Assembly: GCF_001194135.2 (NCBI RefSeq)
Contig: NC_068985.1
Location: forward strand, 107,759,072 to 107,821,212
Source of the DNA: Octopus bimaculoides
Lineage: Eukaryota
DNA: 62,141 nt
Reading direction: 5' to 3'
Part shown: positions 49,841-62,141 of the stretch, piece by piece
Layout of the letters: the number at the start of each line of letters is the position of its first letter
Numbering within the stretch: the first letter of the stretch is position 1
Program-made: the position numbers and the translations under genes
Notes under the pieces: model-generated
Databases searched by the model: none
Told to the model about the DNA's origin: nothing
The model's input: the letters and a program-made list of their open reading frames with translations, nothing else

Positions 49841-51291
49841 GATGATGATGATGATGATGTGATACACACACACACACACAGCAGACTTCTTTCAGTTTCC
49901 ATTTAGCAAATCCACTCACAAATGACCATCCATAGCACATAAACTCCCATCTCCTTCCACATGTCAGGGGTTATAACATTAGACCAAAGTAATCTTTTGA
50001 ATTTCTCTATCCAGTTTAGGAACTTTATCCTTACCAACAAGAATCGAAGTTATCGACCTCAAGAATATGAGATAATTCATTGTTTTGGAACTGTGAATCT
50101 CAAAATAGATAAGGCTATAAATAATGGCACTTAAATATTGAGTTAAGAAACCCTTTAGATTGGGAAAAAAGTGGAAGACAGACTTATTTTTGAGTTCTGT
50201 TATCTAAGTGGCCAGACATCACTTTTTTCTGATTTTGTCACTCCCTGAAATAATATATATATATATAATAATACAAAGAATATATATGCATGTATACACA
50301 CATATATGTACATACTTACATCTACATGTGTATATAGATGCATATCAGGGTACAGGACGTTAGAACAATGAACTAAAGACAACGGAGCGAACACATAGGA
50401 AAACAGATAGCCACTTGGAATAATTTCTTCGTCAGCTGCCTCTATTCTAACTAGACGTTTCGAAGATAAGGCAGAACAAACTAGATATATATATAAATAA
50501 AAGTAAAAAAAATTTTAAAAAGGGGGTTGTAGGATAGTGTATATAGGAATATATTATTTAAAAGAGTTCCAACTCTGTCTGTTTTTTATGTTTTATTTAT
50601 ATTCTTATAAAATTAATGTGGGATATAGAATATGGAATATATAGTATAAATAGTAAAATGAAATGAAGTATTGAATGTCTTATTGAATATATGAAATATT
50701 TAGTATTAAATATATATAGGGGTAGGGCCTTGGCCTAAGGTTTAGCCGGTGGTATACACCTCACTTGGATATTTACCATTTCTGAGGTTTCGCTCACTTT
50801 GGAACATATGTCGCTCAGATCTTATCTACTCCATTCCATAACTACTGTATTCTTATTCACACACCCAGCAACCCTGGTCATCTACCATGAAATATAAAAA
50901 GAACATTTTTCAGTTTGTCATACTTCAATACAGAAAAACCCCACAACCTTCTGTCTCAACAAAACAATATTGTCCCTGGAAGTTGCTTTTTTTAATATTT
51001 ACTACAGATTGCTTGCAGCTAACTTTCTTCCTACACCTTGATCCCTGGATCTTATATATATATATATATATATATNNNNNNNNNNNNNNNNNNNNNNNNN
51101 NNNNNNNNNNNNNNNNNNNNNNNNNNNNNNNNNNNNNNNNNNNNNNNNNNNNNNNNNNNNNNNNNNNNNNNNNNNNNNNNNNNNNNNNNNNNNNNNNNNN
51201 NCACAATGAAATACCATTCCATTATGGTTTTGCCTTGCCACATTATTATTCTGATAACTGACCGACTTTATAACAATCCAATTAATCCACA

Positions 51292-51341
<50 letters not shown>

Positions 51342-52084
51342 CACGCAAACACACACACACACACACACAAACCTTTATACACATGTATATATATTGAGCA
51401 ACAAAGACAGACTTGTGTAAGTGGGTATTTTGAAAATAACTCACAAAGTGACAACTCTGCCTTGTATAGTTACTAGTTGCCCTTGAGCAAAGTGTAACAC
51501 CTGTTCAGCCAGCCTGCTATGGATAATGGCAAAGTCATAGCACTGCAGCATTACAGATTGTGAAGAGCTCAGCTGAGCCAATGGTGCTTCTTACGTTGAT
51601 GCTGAGCAGAGTAATCCTAGAAGATCAACAGTCAAGCCTTATCAAGAGAGTAACTGCAATGCATCCATAGGGGTGGTGTCCATGATTGTGCAATCAGCTA
51701 ATGAAAGATTCACTATGATACGAATTCCCAATTCAAATTCATAATAATGGAATTGGATGACAACAGAGAGCCATGAGAGTCTGCAAAAGCAGCATGACAC
51801 ATAAATATATATATGTATATATATGTGTGTCTTAAATACCTGGGAGATAATTGCCAAGGCTTGTGTAAAGTGATGACATGTCATCATCAAGGGAATTGAG
51901 CAGATGGAAAATATCAGATGTTAACAGGCAGAGATCAAACGTCAAAGATGAAAAAAAGCAGCTTGCACTTTCTCCTCTTCTGCCAACTGTCCCCTGCTAT
52001 AAATGCCCCTGGCTCTTCTATAACTCCCTTGGCCTGAGCAACCACCTCAAGCACCAGCACCCTTTGCACCCATCAGGATGAAGA

Positions 52085-52575
52085 GGCTCAATTACTTGCT
52101 ACGGGGTAACTACTCAAATATGAGTTACCGCCATGCAAGACTCAAGAGAAATTTAAGGAAGAACGTTACAATCGAGGCAGTGAATCACAATGACCTTTTT
52201 GTGTGCACGGTTTGTGACAGACCATGCCTTTCTTTTGCTGGGCTCAAATCTCATTTGTGAACCCATGGAAAATGAACCTTCACCAAGTATTCAGTCTATA
52301 TGTCTGTGTACACCTTTGAATCCAGTGTATGCCAGAAGGTTTGCAAATCTAATGGGAGCCTCAAAGGACATTTTAAGATCCACAAAAATCAGAACTTATC
52401 TGTAGCTCTTGGTGGTTCAAATTGGATATGCAATCGATGTGGGTGTCTTTTCAAAAAATTGTCTGGTTTAAAAAGCTACATCAGATGCCATGATGGTTCT
52501 AAAGTGTAGGTGCAGGAGGTGGTCAAACTCTGCATAAGGAGTAGACAACCACCATGTATGTATGTATGGCAAATG
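52085..52575 (+). mobile_element. Second, decayed copy of the three-finger RTE-like LINE
   Basis: FVCTVCDRPCLSFAGLKSHL*...VCQKVCKSNGSLKGH...CNRCGCLFKKLSGLKSYIRCH..SKV*; same 3' UTR; (ATGT)n tail. Confidence 0.85.
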
Positions 52576-53019
52576 AAAAACAGAAGATGGAATATATGAG
52601 AATTTATTGTTAATCACGACAATCGTGGGACACTCAACAACTGGTTCAGGAGCATCTGATGGTGCAGATGTATCTCGTTGGATGATAAATACATACAACT
52701 CATTAAAATAACTGTTCTGCAATGTAACTTTCCGTTTTGTAGAAAGAAAAGCAGCCAGATGGAGGAAATATCTTCATTTATATAGAAGATCAAAAATAAA
52801 ATCACAGATGGCAAAAAGAAAAATGAACATGCAGTCTAGCGAGAAAAGTATTAAAAGTAACTGTTAACAGATATGGATGTATAAATGCACTCATGATCAC
52901 AAAGCGAGTTAGTTATCGACTTGGTGTTTGTAAGAACGGGGTGGTTAAAATTAAACTTAAGTCATCCATTCCTTAAAATAAATTAAATTGAATTAATGGT
53001 TACTCAAAATTCATTCCCA

Positions 53020-53960
53020 CTACATTGTCCGAAAGTACATTTATATGCATGTAGGCATCTCGAGAGTTGTTCAGAAATTCTATTAATGATCTTCTTATTA
53101 GTCCACAGAATAGACAGGGATTCCTCGGAGCAGAGACAGCATCTCCTGGAAATTATATTTGTATAGTTTTGTGTACCTTACTATGGAAAAATAATGCTGT
53201 ACTTCATTTTATCCTCCTTCATCCGCCATACAAAATCTGCCAAAGATGTTGAATTGTCTTATTGATTGTCTTAAAGCTGGCAACATGTTTATGATAACAA
53301 TTCTTAAATGAATTGGCCATCTGCCCAATGTAAACATACGACCCTCCCCTTGTGTGCATAGTACATTTATATACAAGATTTGTACTCATACAGAGATTCA
53401 TCAAAGGACATTTTTATTTTTCTCTGCATGAGCATTTATTGTATTTCTTTGTATATAAGGCAGTCTCGACTCCATTTACTGGCGTTGTTATAGTGTTAGC
53501 TGCATCATAAGTATTTCTACTACTACAAATTGATCATAGTTGGTGTTTATCATTGCGATTTACATCTCCTTGGCTGGTATTTAGATGCAAGTGTTTGCTA
53601 AATCCGGTAGGTAGATTATTGAACCTTTGCCGCATTTTGCTATTGTTTATGCGATACATAAGCTGCTCTAAATTAGCAGAGTTGGTGGAGGATACCTTTC
53701 CAGTGTATCAATTAAAAATAGCATGATACTGATTAGATTTAAAAAAAAAAAAAAATTTGTCCAAAGCAGCAAAAAATTTTCCAGCAATCTTGGTTGAAAT
53801 ATGCAAACCGAAAATTGGGTTGAACCAGAAGACATCTTGGTTCCTATATCTGATGTTAGGCTTATTTGATCAAGTGTATTGTACAGGATTGGAACAAGCA
53901 ATTGGATTATTATGTTGCATGTGTCTATGAGTAAGCTACCAGGTGTAAACCATTCGTTTT
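53020..53960 (-). mobile_element. Penelope-like element remnant (RT thumb plus GIY-YIG)
   Basis: VFWFNPIF...KFF; NLVYKCT...YVYIGQMANSFKNCYHKH..SF; C-terminal C..C..LN pattern. Confidence 0.75.
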
Positions 53961-53972
53961 ATTATCCATTAC

Positions 53973-54003
<31 letters not shown>

Positions 54004-55150
54004 TAAATATATCATCATCATCATCATCATNNNNNNNNNNNNNNNNNNNNNNNNNNNNNNNNNNNNNNNNNNNNNNNNNNNNNNNNNNNNNNNNNNNNNN
54101 NNNNNNNNNNNNNNNNNNNNNNNNNNNNNNNNNNNNNNNNNNNNNNNNNNNNNNNNNNNNNNNNNNNNNNNNNNNNNNNNNNNNNNNNNNNNNNNNNNNN
54201 NNNNNNNNNNNNNNNNNNNNNNNNNNNNNNNNNNNNNNNNNNNNNNNNNNNNNNNNNNNNNNNNNNNNNNNNNNNNNNNNNNNNNNNNNNNNNNNNNNNN
54301 NNNNNNNNNNNNNNNNNNNNNNNNNNNNNNNNNNNNNNNNNNNNNNNNNNNNNNNNNNNNNNNNNNNNNNNNNNNNNNNNNNNNNNNNNNNNNNNNNNNN
54401 NNNNNNNNNNNNNNNNAATATATATGTATGTATACACATGCATACATATATTGATATAATATATCAGTATTGTTGTTGTTATCTTGCTTCATGACAACCA
54501 CAACAGAACAAGATACAATTAAAGACATTCATGCTATGATTATTTTGTCTTGCTTCCAGGCATATTGCATGCATGATTACAAACTTTCAACCTATCCTTC
54601 ATTCTTCAAGATAATAGCATGTATAATTTGGAAAGATATTTAGCTGTTGTTTTTACCAGAATGAGTAACCACATTGTTTGCTGCCTTGGTTTGCTGTCAC
54701 TGTTGTCCAGTCAGCCAAATGATAGGTTTGTGCAAACAGCCACAATGTTGAAACGTTTACAGAGAACAAATGATACAAACTTCTGTTTATCATAATTTTT
54801 CCGACCTTTCCTCTGTATATCATAACCAGTAATAATACTAACTATTGTAGTAACCTAAACACTATACTGGATCATTATAATCTGTGGAGCTCTAAACTCA
54901 ACAGTAGCAGTTGTTCATCTAATTGTACACACTAGATATACTATATATATATATGTGTATGTGTTTGAATTTGTTCACGCACACACACAGATGCACACAC
55001 ACACATACACACACAGGTGCACACACACATACACACACACAGGTGCACACACACACATACACACACACAGGTGCACACACACACNNNNNNNNNNCACACA
55101 CACAGGTGCACACACACACACACTCACACATATCAAAAAGGTATTGTTAC

Positions 55151-55189
55151 CCTAAAGTATGTAAAAAATTCTTGATCAATTGAAATTTT
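55151..55189 (-). CDS. Orphan gene exon (KISIDQEFFTYFR)
   Basis: Very strong acceptor ctttttcttttctttgttctcttccag|; donor AGG|GTAACA; 39 nt, phase 0-0. Confidence 0.55.
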
Positions 55190-55313
55190 CTGGAAGAGAA
55201 CAAAGAAAAGAAAAAGGATTACAACTAGGCCTTTATTGTCTTTCTCCAAGTAACAAGTGGGTTTTCAATCCATCGCGCATTTTTAGATGTCACACAATAC
55301 AAAAGAATCTCAC

Positions 55314-55395
55314 ATCATTGTGTGTGTATGCCTGCAGACCATCGTTTATATATTTTTTCTGGTAAAACCTCCTCCTTTCTTTTGCATAAATATAT
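55314..55395 (-). CDS. Orphan gene, candidate exon (rYIYAKERRRFYQKKYINDGLQAYTHND)
   Basis: Donor GAT|GTGAGA; 124-nt intron to the next exon; acceptor uncertain (55395 AAG or 55358 CAG). Confidence 0.45.
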
Positions 55396-55919
55396 CTTAT
55401 GTGACATATTCATACAGAGTGCTTTTTAACCTAATTTTTAAATGTTTTTATGTATAATCACACACAAAACACATACACACACACATTCATATATATATAC
55501 ATACATACATATATATATATACATATATATGTTTACCCATACGAAATTCATTATATACACACATAAGCAGATACACACATACATACATACACACAAACAT
55601 ACATACATACACACAAACATACATACATACACACACACATACATACATACACACATACATACATACATACATTCATACATACATACATACATACATACAT
55701 ACATACATGCATACACACATACATACATACATACATACATACATACATACACACATACACACACACACGCACACAATTGCCGGCATGTGAAATTCACACA
55801 TACAAACAAGTTCTTTCGTTTGTCAGGAATTCTGAACTGTTATGATTCTGGCAAAACAATGCTTTTGAAGTTATTGTCGTTGATACAGTTGTTGATGTTA
55901 TCGTCCTTCCTGCTGCTGC

Positions 55920-55955
<36 letters not shown>

Positions 55956-56159
55956 ACGACATTAATTAGCAGTGTGACAATCATGGTACAGTATAGTAAG
56001 TTCTTTTGGGAGAAAGGGGAATGAATTATAGAAATATTGTAGTAGTGTGTAATAACTCTGCAGTGTTTAAACAAAAGTTATCTCCCTTATTAAGAAGTTA
56101 TCCTTTTGGTACATAAAATGTACTTTCATATTGGTGCTCATATTGAATTAAATAAAAGG

Positions 56160-56578
56160 CAGCGTGTTAGCAGAAACGTTAGCACGCCGGGCGAAATGCT
56201 TAGCGGTATTTCGTCTGTCTGTACGCTCTGAGTTCAAATTCCGCCGAGGTCGACTTTACCTTTCATCCTTTCGGGGTCGATAAATTAAGTACCAGTTACG
56301 CACTGGGTCGATCTAATCGACTTAATCCTTTTTGTCTGTCCTTGTTTGTCCCCTTGAGGGCAATAAAGAAATAAGAAACGTTAGCACGCCGGGCGAAGTG
56401 CTTAGCGATATTTTGTCTGTCTGTACGCTCTGAGTTCAAATTCCGCCGCGGTCGGTTTTGCCTTTCATCCTTTCGGGGTCGATAAATTTAGTTCCAGTTG
56501 CGTACTGGAGTCGATCTAATCGATTTGCCCCCTCCCCAAAAATTTCGGGCCTTGTGCCTAGAGTAGAAAAGAATATTG
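56160..56578 (+). mobile_element. SINE family C head-to-tail dimer
   Basis: agaaacgttagcacgccgggcgaa occurs at about 56172 and 56376; the two monomers have different tails. Confidence 0.9.
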
Positions 56579-56849
56579 TATTAATTGATTTAAGGCGGTG
56601 ACCTGGAGGAATCATTTGCACGTTAAACAAAATGATACACGCATGCACAGAGAGAAAGACAAAGAGAGAGAGAAAGAGAGAGAGAAAAGAGAGAGAGAAA
56701 GAGAAAGAGAAAATAGAGAGAGTGTGTGTGAGAGTGCGAAACAGAGGGTGGTACAGTGTGGGATTACGTAAAAATCATGTAAAAAGAAAAATAGCAGAAA
56801 AATTCTAAACAAAGAGCAATTGCTCAAAAGCGGCAAGACTTCCTAGAGC

Positions 56850-58290
56850 TCTCCGTGGACGTAGCACAAAACCACGGTCACTCTGACCTTGAAGGCAAGC
56901 TCCCTCAGTAATCTGTCCTCCTCCAATCTCAAAGTTCAGAGCGGGTCCTTTCTCTCAGACAGTGCTCGCCACTCTCATCATCCACCTTTCAACAAGTTTG
57001 TTGAGAGGCAGTACTTTCATCTCTACCCTCACTTTCCTTTGCAAGTGAAACTTGAAAAGGTTGATGAGAGCTTGACCAAAAAGTGAAGGTGTCTGTCTTC
57101 AGCACTTTCCTTCTCGTTTGACCCCACAATTTCTTTCGCCGAAGCCACCAAACAAATAATGATTGCCTGTCACGACGATCTTCACACGCGACAGCAGATG
57201 TTTGACATAATTATATAAGTCATCAATACTCGTGCACTGAACGAGAGTATGCAAAATGGTTACGTCGCTTTGCGCACATTTAAAGCAGGCTCAGTTGATG
57301 GCACTTTCATGCCTTTAGAAATCATCTCCAACCGGCATTCCTCCTTTGCTCGGTAGCACACCCAATGGATCTTTTTGGTTTGACGGGCAACATTTTTCAT
57401 TTATGTTTTATGTAGTGTTTTTGGTACCGAAACACTTTCAAACTTCGTATACTTGTATTCTTTGTCTTATAGAACATANNNNNNNNNNNNNNNNNNNNNN
57501 NNNNNNNNNNNNNNNNNNNNNNNNNNNNNNNNNNNNNNNNNNNNNNNNNNNNNNNNNNNNNNNNNNNNNNNNNNNNNNNNNNNNNNNNNNNNNNNNNNNN
57601 NNNNNNNNNNNNNNNNNNNNNNNNNNNNNNNNNNNNNNNNNNNNNNNNNNNNNNNNNNNNNNNNNNNNNNNNNNNNNNNNNNNNNNNNNNNNNNNNNNNN
57701 NNNNNNNNNNNNNNNNNNNNNNNNNNNNNNNNNNNNNNNNNNNNNNNNNNNNNNNNNNNNNNNNNNNNNNNNNNNNNNNNNNNNNNNNNNNNNNNNNNNN
57801 NNNNNNNNNNNNNNNNNNNNNNNNNNNNNNNNNNNNNNNNNNNNNNNNNNNNNNNNNNNNNNNNNNNNNNNNNNNNNNNNNNNNNNNNNNNNNNNNNNNN
57901 NNNNNNNNNNNNNNNNNNNNNNNNNNNNNNNNNNNNNNNNNNNNNNNNNNNNNNNNNNNNNNNNNNNNNNNNNNNNNNNNNNNNNNNNNNNNNNNNNNNN
58001 NNNNNNNNNNNNNNNNNCCAGTATCCCAAGTTTGAAAGTGTTTCATTAAGAAAACAAGTGTTGCCCGTCAAACCAAAAAGATCCCAGCCAGTTCAGAGAT
58101 TTCTGGAAATTATCTATGGGCTGATACCCGAAAGTCTTCCGGAACAAACCAACCAGGTGATTTTCACTGACCCACAGTTTCCTCCAGAAATTCGTCACTT
58201 TTACCCGCCACAATCCTCTGTAGAACACCAGCATGGAGATTGCACCGATCACATTATCCAGTTGGTAAGAGGACCCTGAGTGCTTAACGT
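56850..58290 (-). mobile_element. L1/Tx1-like LINE ORF2 C-terminal fossil, split by a TIR element
   Basis: LFRKTFGYQPIDNFQKSLNWL | CYR...PVGDDF*RH...CFKC.QSDVTILHTLVQC (CCHC) ... FKFHLQRKVRVE...LVERW. Confidence 0.7.
57367..58084. mobile_element. TIR-bounded insertion (MITE-like), centre in a gap
   Basis: GGATCTTTTTGGTTTGACGGGCAACA at 57367 and its reverse complement ending at 58084; subterminal gaaacactttcaaactt is also inverted. Confidence 0.75.
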
Positions 58291-59073
58291 TTGTGCATCC
58301 GTAGATTTCTACTGAAGCAACAGGCAATGGAGCTGTCACTAGAAAACTCGTTATGCTAAAAATACCAGCTAGAGGTCTAGACGTTTCTAACAGAAAGACA
58401 TTGAATAGAATAATTCCCCATTTGAACTTTTTTTTAATTACATATATATGTGTGAGGACTAGAAATCTGCGGATGCACAAACGCACAAAACGGAGAAAAT
58501 GAAACAAATATGGACGACTTGTTCCGAAACACCCCCGAGTGGGGAACGATCCTTAAAAGTAACCCCTAATTGTTTTCCCCCTACATTCCTATGTTCTCGG
58601 AATCTACATAGTCCGAGGTATATTTGTAGAAAATTTTATTTAAAAATATCTATTTTCTTGCAAGTTAAGACGAACTGAAGTGAACACCGGTGAATTTTCC
58701 GAAATTCCCCTACTCCACCCCCTCCTAAAACACTTTCCCCCAAAAGTTTTGTATATTCGGAATCTACATCATATAACACATATTCGTANNNNNNNNNNNN
58801 NNNNNNNNNNNNNNNNNNNNNNNNNNNNNNNNNNNNNNNNNNNNNNNNNNNNNNNNNNNNNNNNNNNNNNNNNNNNNNNNNNNNNNNNNNNNNNNNNNNN
58901 NNNNNNNNNNNNNNNNNNNNNNNNNNNNTATATATATAACAAATAATAAATGAGTATATACATATATACGTACAGGTATGTGCATACCTACGTCTACCTG
59001 TATATATAGGTGCCTTGCAAACAAAACGTAGACAAAAAAATAATAATAACCAGAGTACAGAACACACATAGGC

Positions 59074-59125
<52 letters not shown>

Positions 59126-59409
59126 AGTATATATACATACATACATACATATTGACACTCAGACAGACAGACAAATAGATAAATAGATGTGTACATATAT
59201 ATATACATATAAGTAGCCATATATTTGTGTTTGTAGTGTTTGTTTTATTTATGAGTGGTTTATTAAATAAAGTAAGCTGTATTTGTTTTTGTACGTACAC
59301 AATCTTATAATAATAATACGGGTTGTCTGTAATTTGTACGTATTATTATTATAATAGTGACCGTATAATAAATAAATAAATAAATATATCTTTCCTTTCT
59401 TTCGTGCGT

Positions 59410-59800
59410 ACGCATTCACCCCCCGCCCTCCGCTGCTACTATTATTACTATTACTACTACTACTACTACTACTACTACTATTGAAGCAATAAACAAGTAA
59501 GTCTCTTTCATTCCTGTTTTGACTTTAGCGACATCAGACACCGAGCGAAATAACGAAACGAGAACTGGAAGAACAGGAAGGAGGCAGCTGATGCCGTTTC
59601 TTCTCTATTACAGCGACTTCAGTTCTGTTACTAACCTGGCAGCACTTGGAAGAACACGGGCAAATGACGAAAGATGACGAGGTCCGACACATCGACCGAA
59701 GGAACGTTTTTCTTTATTTTTAAAGGACGAAACGCGACACCACGATCGATCAATGGCGAACGACGACATTCCTTCCTCCTCCTTCCTCAATCAGCGAGAG
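59410..59800. promoter_or_regulatory. CpG-rich island, likely promoter/first exon of the minus-strand orphan gene
   Basis: High CpG density, GC-box-like ccccgccc at about 59420, minus-strand donor CAG|GTTAGT at 59636/59635. Confidence 0.45.
59636..59769 (-). CDS. Orphan gene, candidate first coding exon (MSSFAIDRSW...RVLPSAAr)
   Basis: ATG at 59769, open to the donor in phase 2, compatible with the 55395 acceptor. Could instead be 5' UTR. Confidence 0.3.
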
Positions 59801-60214
59801 AGAGAGAGAGAAAGAGGAGGAAGCAAAAGCGAAAAGGTTAAAAAAAGTCTTGAAGCTGAGAATGAAAAAAGAAAAACAAAAATGAAAGGAAACGAAGGAG
59901 AAGAAAAACGAAGTAGAGAAGAAGAAAAAATCTGGGCGTGTAATGTAATGTGTGATGAGTATGTATGTGTGCGTTGGGTGTATGTGAGCGAGTACGAGTG
60001 CGTGTGAGAAAGAGACGGCGAGAAAGAGTATATGCGTGTGTGTCTGATATACTATATATGTATATAATAAATACAAATACACATGTATACACACACACAC
60101 ACATTCTATCTCTTTCTCTCTTTCACTACGCCTTCGCGCGCTTTCATAACATACATTATATATATAGTTTGCACCTGAGCATTGTAAACAAGTTCATTAG
60201 GTATTATACGTATA

Positions 60215-60254
<40 letters not shown>

Positions 60255-60388
60255 NNNNNNNNNNNNNNNNNNNNNNNNNNNNNNNNNNNNNNNNNNNNNN
60301 NNNNNNNNNNNNNNNNNNNNNNNNNNNNNNNNNNNNNNNNNNNNNNNNNNNNNNNNNNNNNNNNNNNNNNNNNNNNNNNNNNNNNNNN

Positions 60389-60718
60389 ATCGCGGTTTCG
60401 ATTCCCAGACCGGGCGTTGTGAGTGTTTATTGAGCGAAAACACCTAAAGTTCCACGAAGCTCCGGCAGGGGATGGTGGCGAACCCTGCTGTACTCTTTCA
60501 CCACAACTTTCTCTCACTCTTATTTCCTGTTTCTGTTGTGCCTGTAATTCAAAGGGTCAGCCTTGTCACACTGTATCATGCTGAATATCCCCGAGAACTA
60601 CGTTAAGGGTACACGTGTCTGTGGAGTGCTCAGCCACTTGTACGTTAATTTCACGAGCAGGCTGTTCCGTTGATCGGATCAACTGGAACCCTCGACGTCG
60701 TAAACGACAGAGTGCCAA
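60389..60718 (+). mobile_element. SINE family B (head partly in a gap)
   Basis: Near-identical to 19629-19899; complete 3' end. Confidence 0.9.
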
Positions 60719-60734
60719 CATGTTATTATGGTAA

Positions 60735-60912
60735 AATCGTTAGCGCGCCGGACTTAGCGGCATTTCGTCCGTCCTTACGTTCTGAGTTCAAACTCCGCCG
60801 AGGTTGACTTACCTTTCATCCTTTCGGGGTTAATAAATTAAGTGCCAGTGAAACACTGAGGTCATTATAACCGACTATCCCCCCTCCTCCTGAATTTCAA
60901 GCCTCCAGAAAG
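60735..60912 (+). mobile_element. SINE family C
   Basis: aatcgttagcgcgccgg...gagttcaaactccgccgagg...cctttcatcctttcgggg. Confidence 0.8.
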
Positions 60913-61214
60913 AATTATGTATGTACTTATCTATCGTTTCTTTTGCTGATATTTTTAGCTTTGTGCTAGCCCTGACTGAACAGACTTATGATCAAAGGTA
61001 TTCCAGCCATGACCATCCCATCTTTACTATGTTCATAGTACCAATGTATCCTTTGCTAAAATGATAAAGTGGGTGTCTTTTCCTCATAACTTACTGAAAA
61101 ATGGGTATTTTAAAATAAAATATTCTCCAAATACCTTTCAGATTGTATCGGAATTTAAAGTAAAAAAAAAAAAGAGATTGATGGACGTGTACTGGAACTC
61201 CGTCGATTACGACG

Positions 61215-61512
61215 AAGAGGGTTCCATTTCATCCCATCAACAGAACAGCTTACTCATAAAATCAGTGTGCAAGTGGCTGAGCACTCTACAGACACGTACC
61301 CTTAACGTAGCTCTCAGGAGATATTCAGCATGAAACAGAATGTGGCAGGGTTGGCTCTTTGAAATACAGGTACTACCCGTCTTTGCCAAGTGCGAGAACT
61401 GGAGCAACGTGAAATAAAATGTCCTGCTCAAGAGCACAACGCACCACCAGGTTTCGAACTCACGACCTTACGATCAAGAGCCGAGTACCCTAACCTCTCA
61501 GCCACACGCTTT
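61215..61512 (-). mobile_element. SINE family B-like
   Basis: Minus strand tggctgagaggttagggtactcggctcttgatcgtaaggtcgtgagttcgaaacc head; body shared with 47225-47470. Confidence 0.75.
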
Positions 61513-61689
61513 CGCTAGACGCACACGCATACATACTGACACATAAACTAATTTTCAAAATTTCAAGTTTCATTTTGAAAATGTGTCTCTGATGTGTCTC
61601 AGTATATAATGTGTGCAGGCCTACCATTTTTTTTTTTGTACATTATATTCCGATATAATCGTAATTCACACAATCTGAAAGGTATATAC

Positions 61690-62013
61690 TCTTTACTATC
61701 TTTTACTCTATTACTTGTTTCAGTCATTTGACTGTGGCCATGCTGGAGCACCACCTTTAGTCGAGCAAATCGACCCCCAGGATTTATTCTTTGTAAGCCT
61801 AGTACATATTCTATCGGTCTCCTTTTGCCGAACCGCTAAGTTACGGGGACGTAAACACACCAGCATCGGTTGTCAGGTGATGTTGGTGGGGACAAACACA
61901 GACACACAAACATATATTAATGCCTTGTGAGTGAATTCTGGTAGACGGAAGCAGTGTGGAAGCCTGTCGTAAAAAACATACATACATACATGTGTGTGTG
62001 CGTGCGTGCATGC

Positions 62014-62059
<46 letters not shown>

Positions 62060-62141
62060 AATCGTGAGCACGTGTGTGATTTTTTGTGTCGTTGTCACCC
62101 CACACCGCTTGTTGGTTTGTTTACATCCCTATAACTTACAG
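61690..62141. mobile_element. Two oppositely oriented SINE family A halves
   Basis: 61690-61915 is a minus-strand 3' half; 61921-62141 is a plus-strand middle part. Confidence 0.75.

Noticed and set aside
50200-50244. Minus-strand acceptor plus GVTKSEKSDVWPLR* as an orphan-gene exon
   Set aside because: No donor before the stop; it would truncate the model. Possible alternative last exon but unsupported.
52590-52790. Minus-strand open frame RYFLHLAAFLSTKRKVTLQNSYFNELYVF... as a host exon
   Set aside because: No donor, and it ends at an RTE insertion; more like a degenerate LINE linker, too weak to annotate.
54567-54780. Strong plus-strand acceptor and possible piggyBac-like remnant
   Set aside because: All frames close within 30 codons and the similarity is too vague.

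Overview
AT-rich, microsatellite-saturated animal genomic DNA from a gappy draft assembly; most N runs abut (AT)n/(CA)n tracts. The repeat landscape points to an octopus (inference from recalled repeat families, no database search). Host genes: (1) the first coding exon (N-terminal SH3 domain, 2874-3077, minus strand) of a gene that leaves the window to the left; (2) a manually assembled minus-strand gene of about 10 small exons over 59.8-14.5 kb, about 210 aa, phase-consistent, product not recognised. The remainder is decayed mobile DNA: four SINE-like families (my labels A-D), RTE, L1/Tx1-like, R4/Dong-like and HERO/R2-like LINE fragments, Penelope-like GIY-YIG remnants, Tc1/mariner remnants, MITEs and fold-back elements. 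Most interesting: an RTE LINE lineage whose ORF ends in three canonical C2H2 fingers (one copy is an open 146-codon ORF started by a microsatellite ATG); a full-consensus hammerhead ribozyme core at a Penelope 3' end plus degenerate relatives; an RTE copy with a precise 5' inversion (twin-priming geometry); an in-frame TGA flanked by open codons in the orphan gene's last exon; and several long dsRNA-forming inverted repeats next to exons. No prokaryotic system, CRISPR array, rRNA or genuine tRNA gene was found. Most ORF-track entries are translated microsatellites or gaps.
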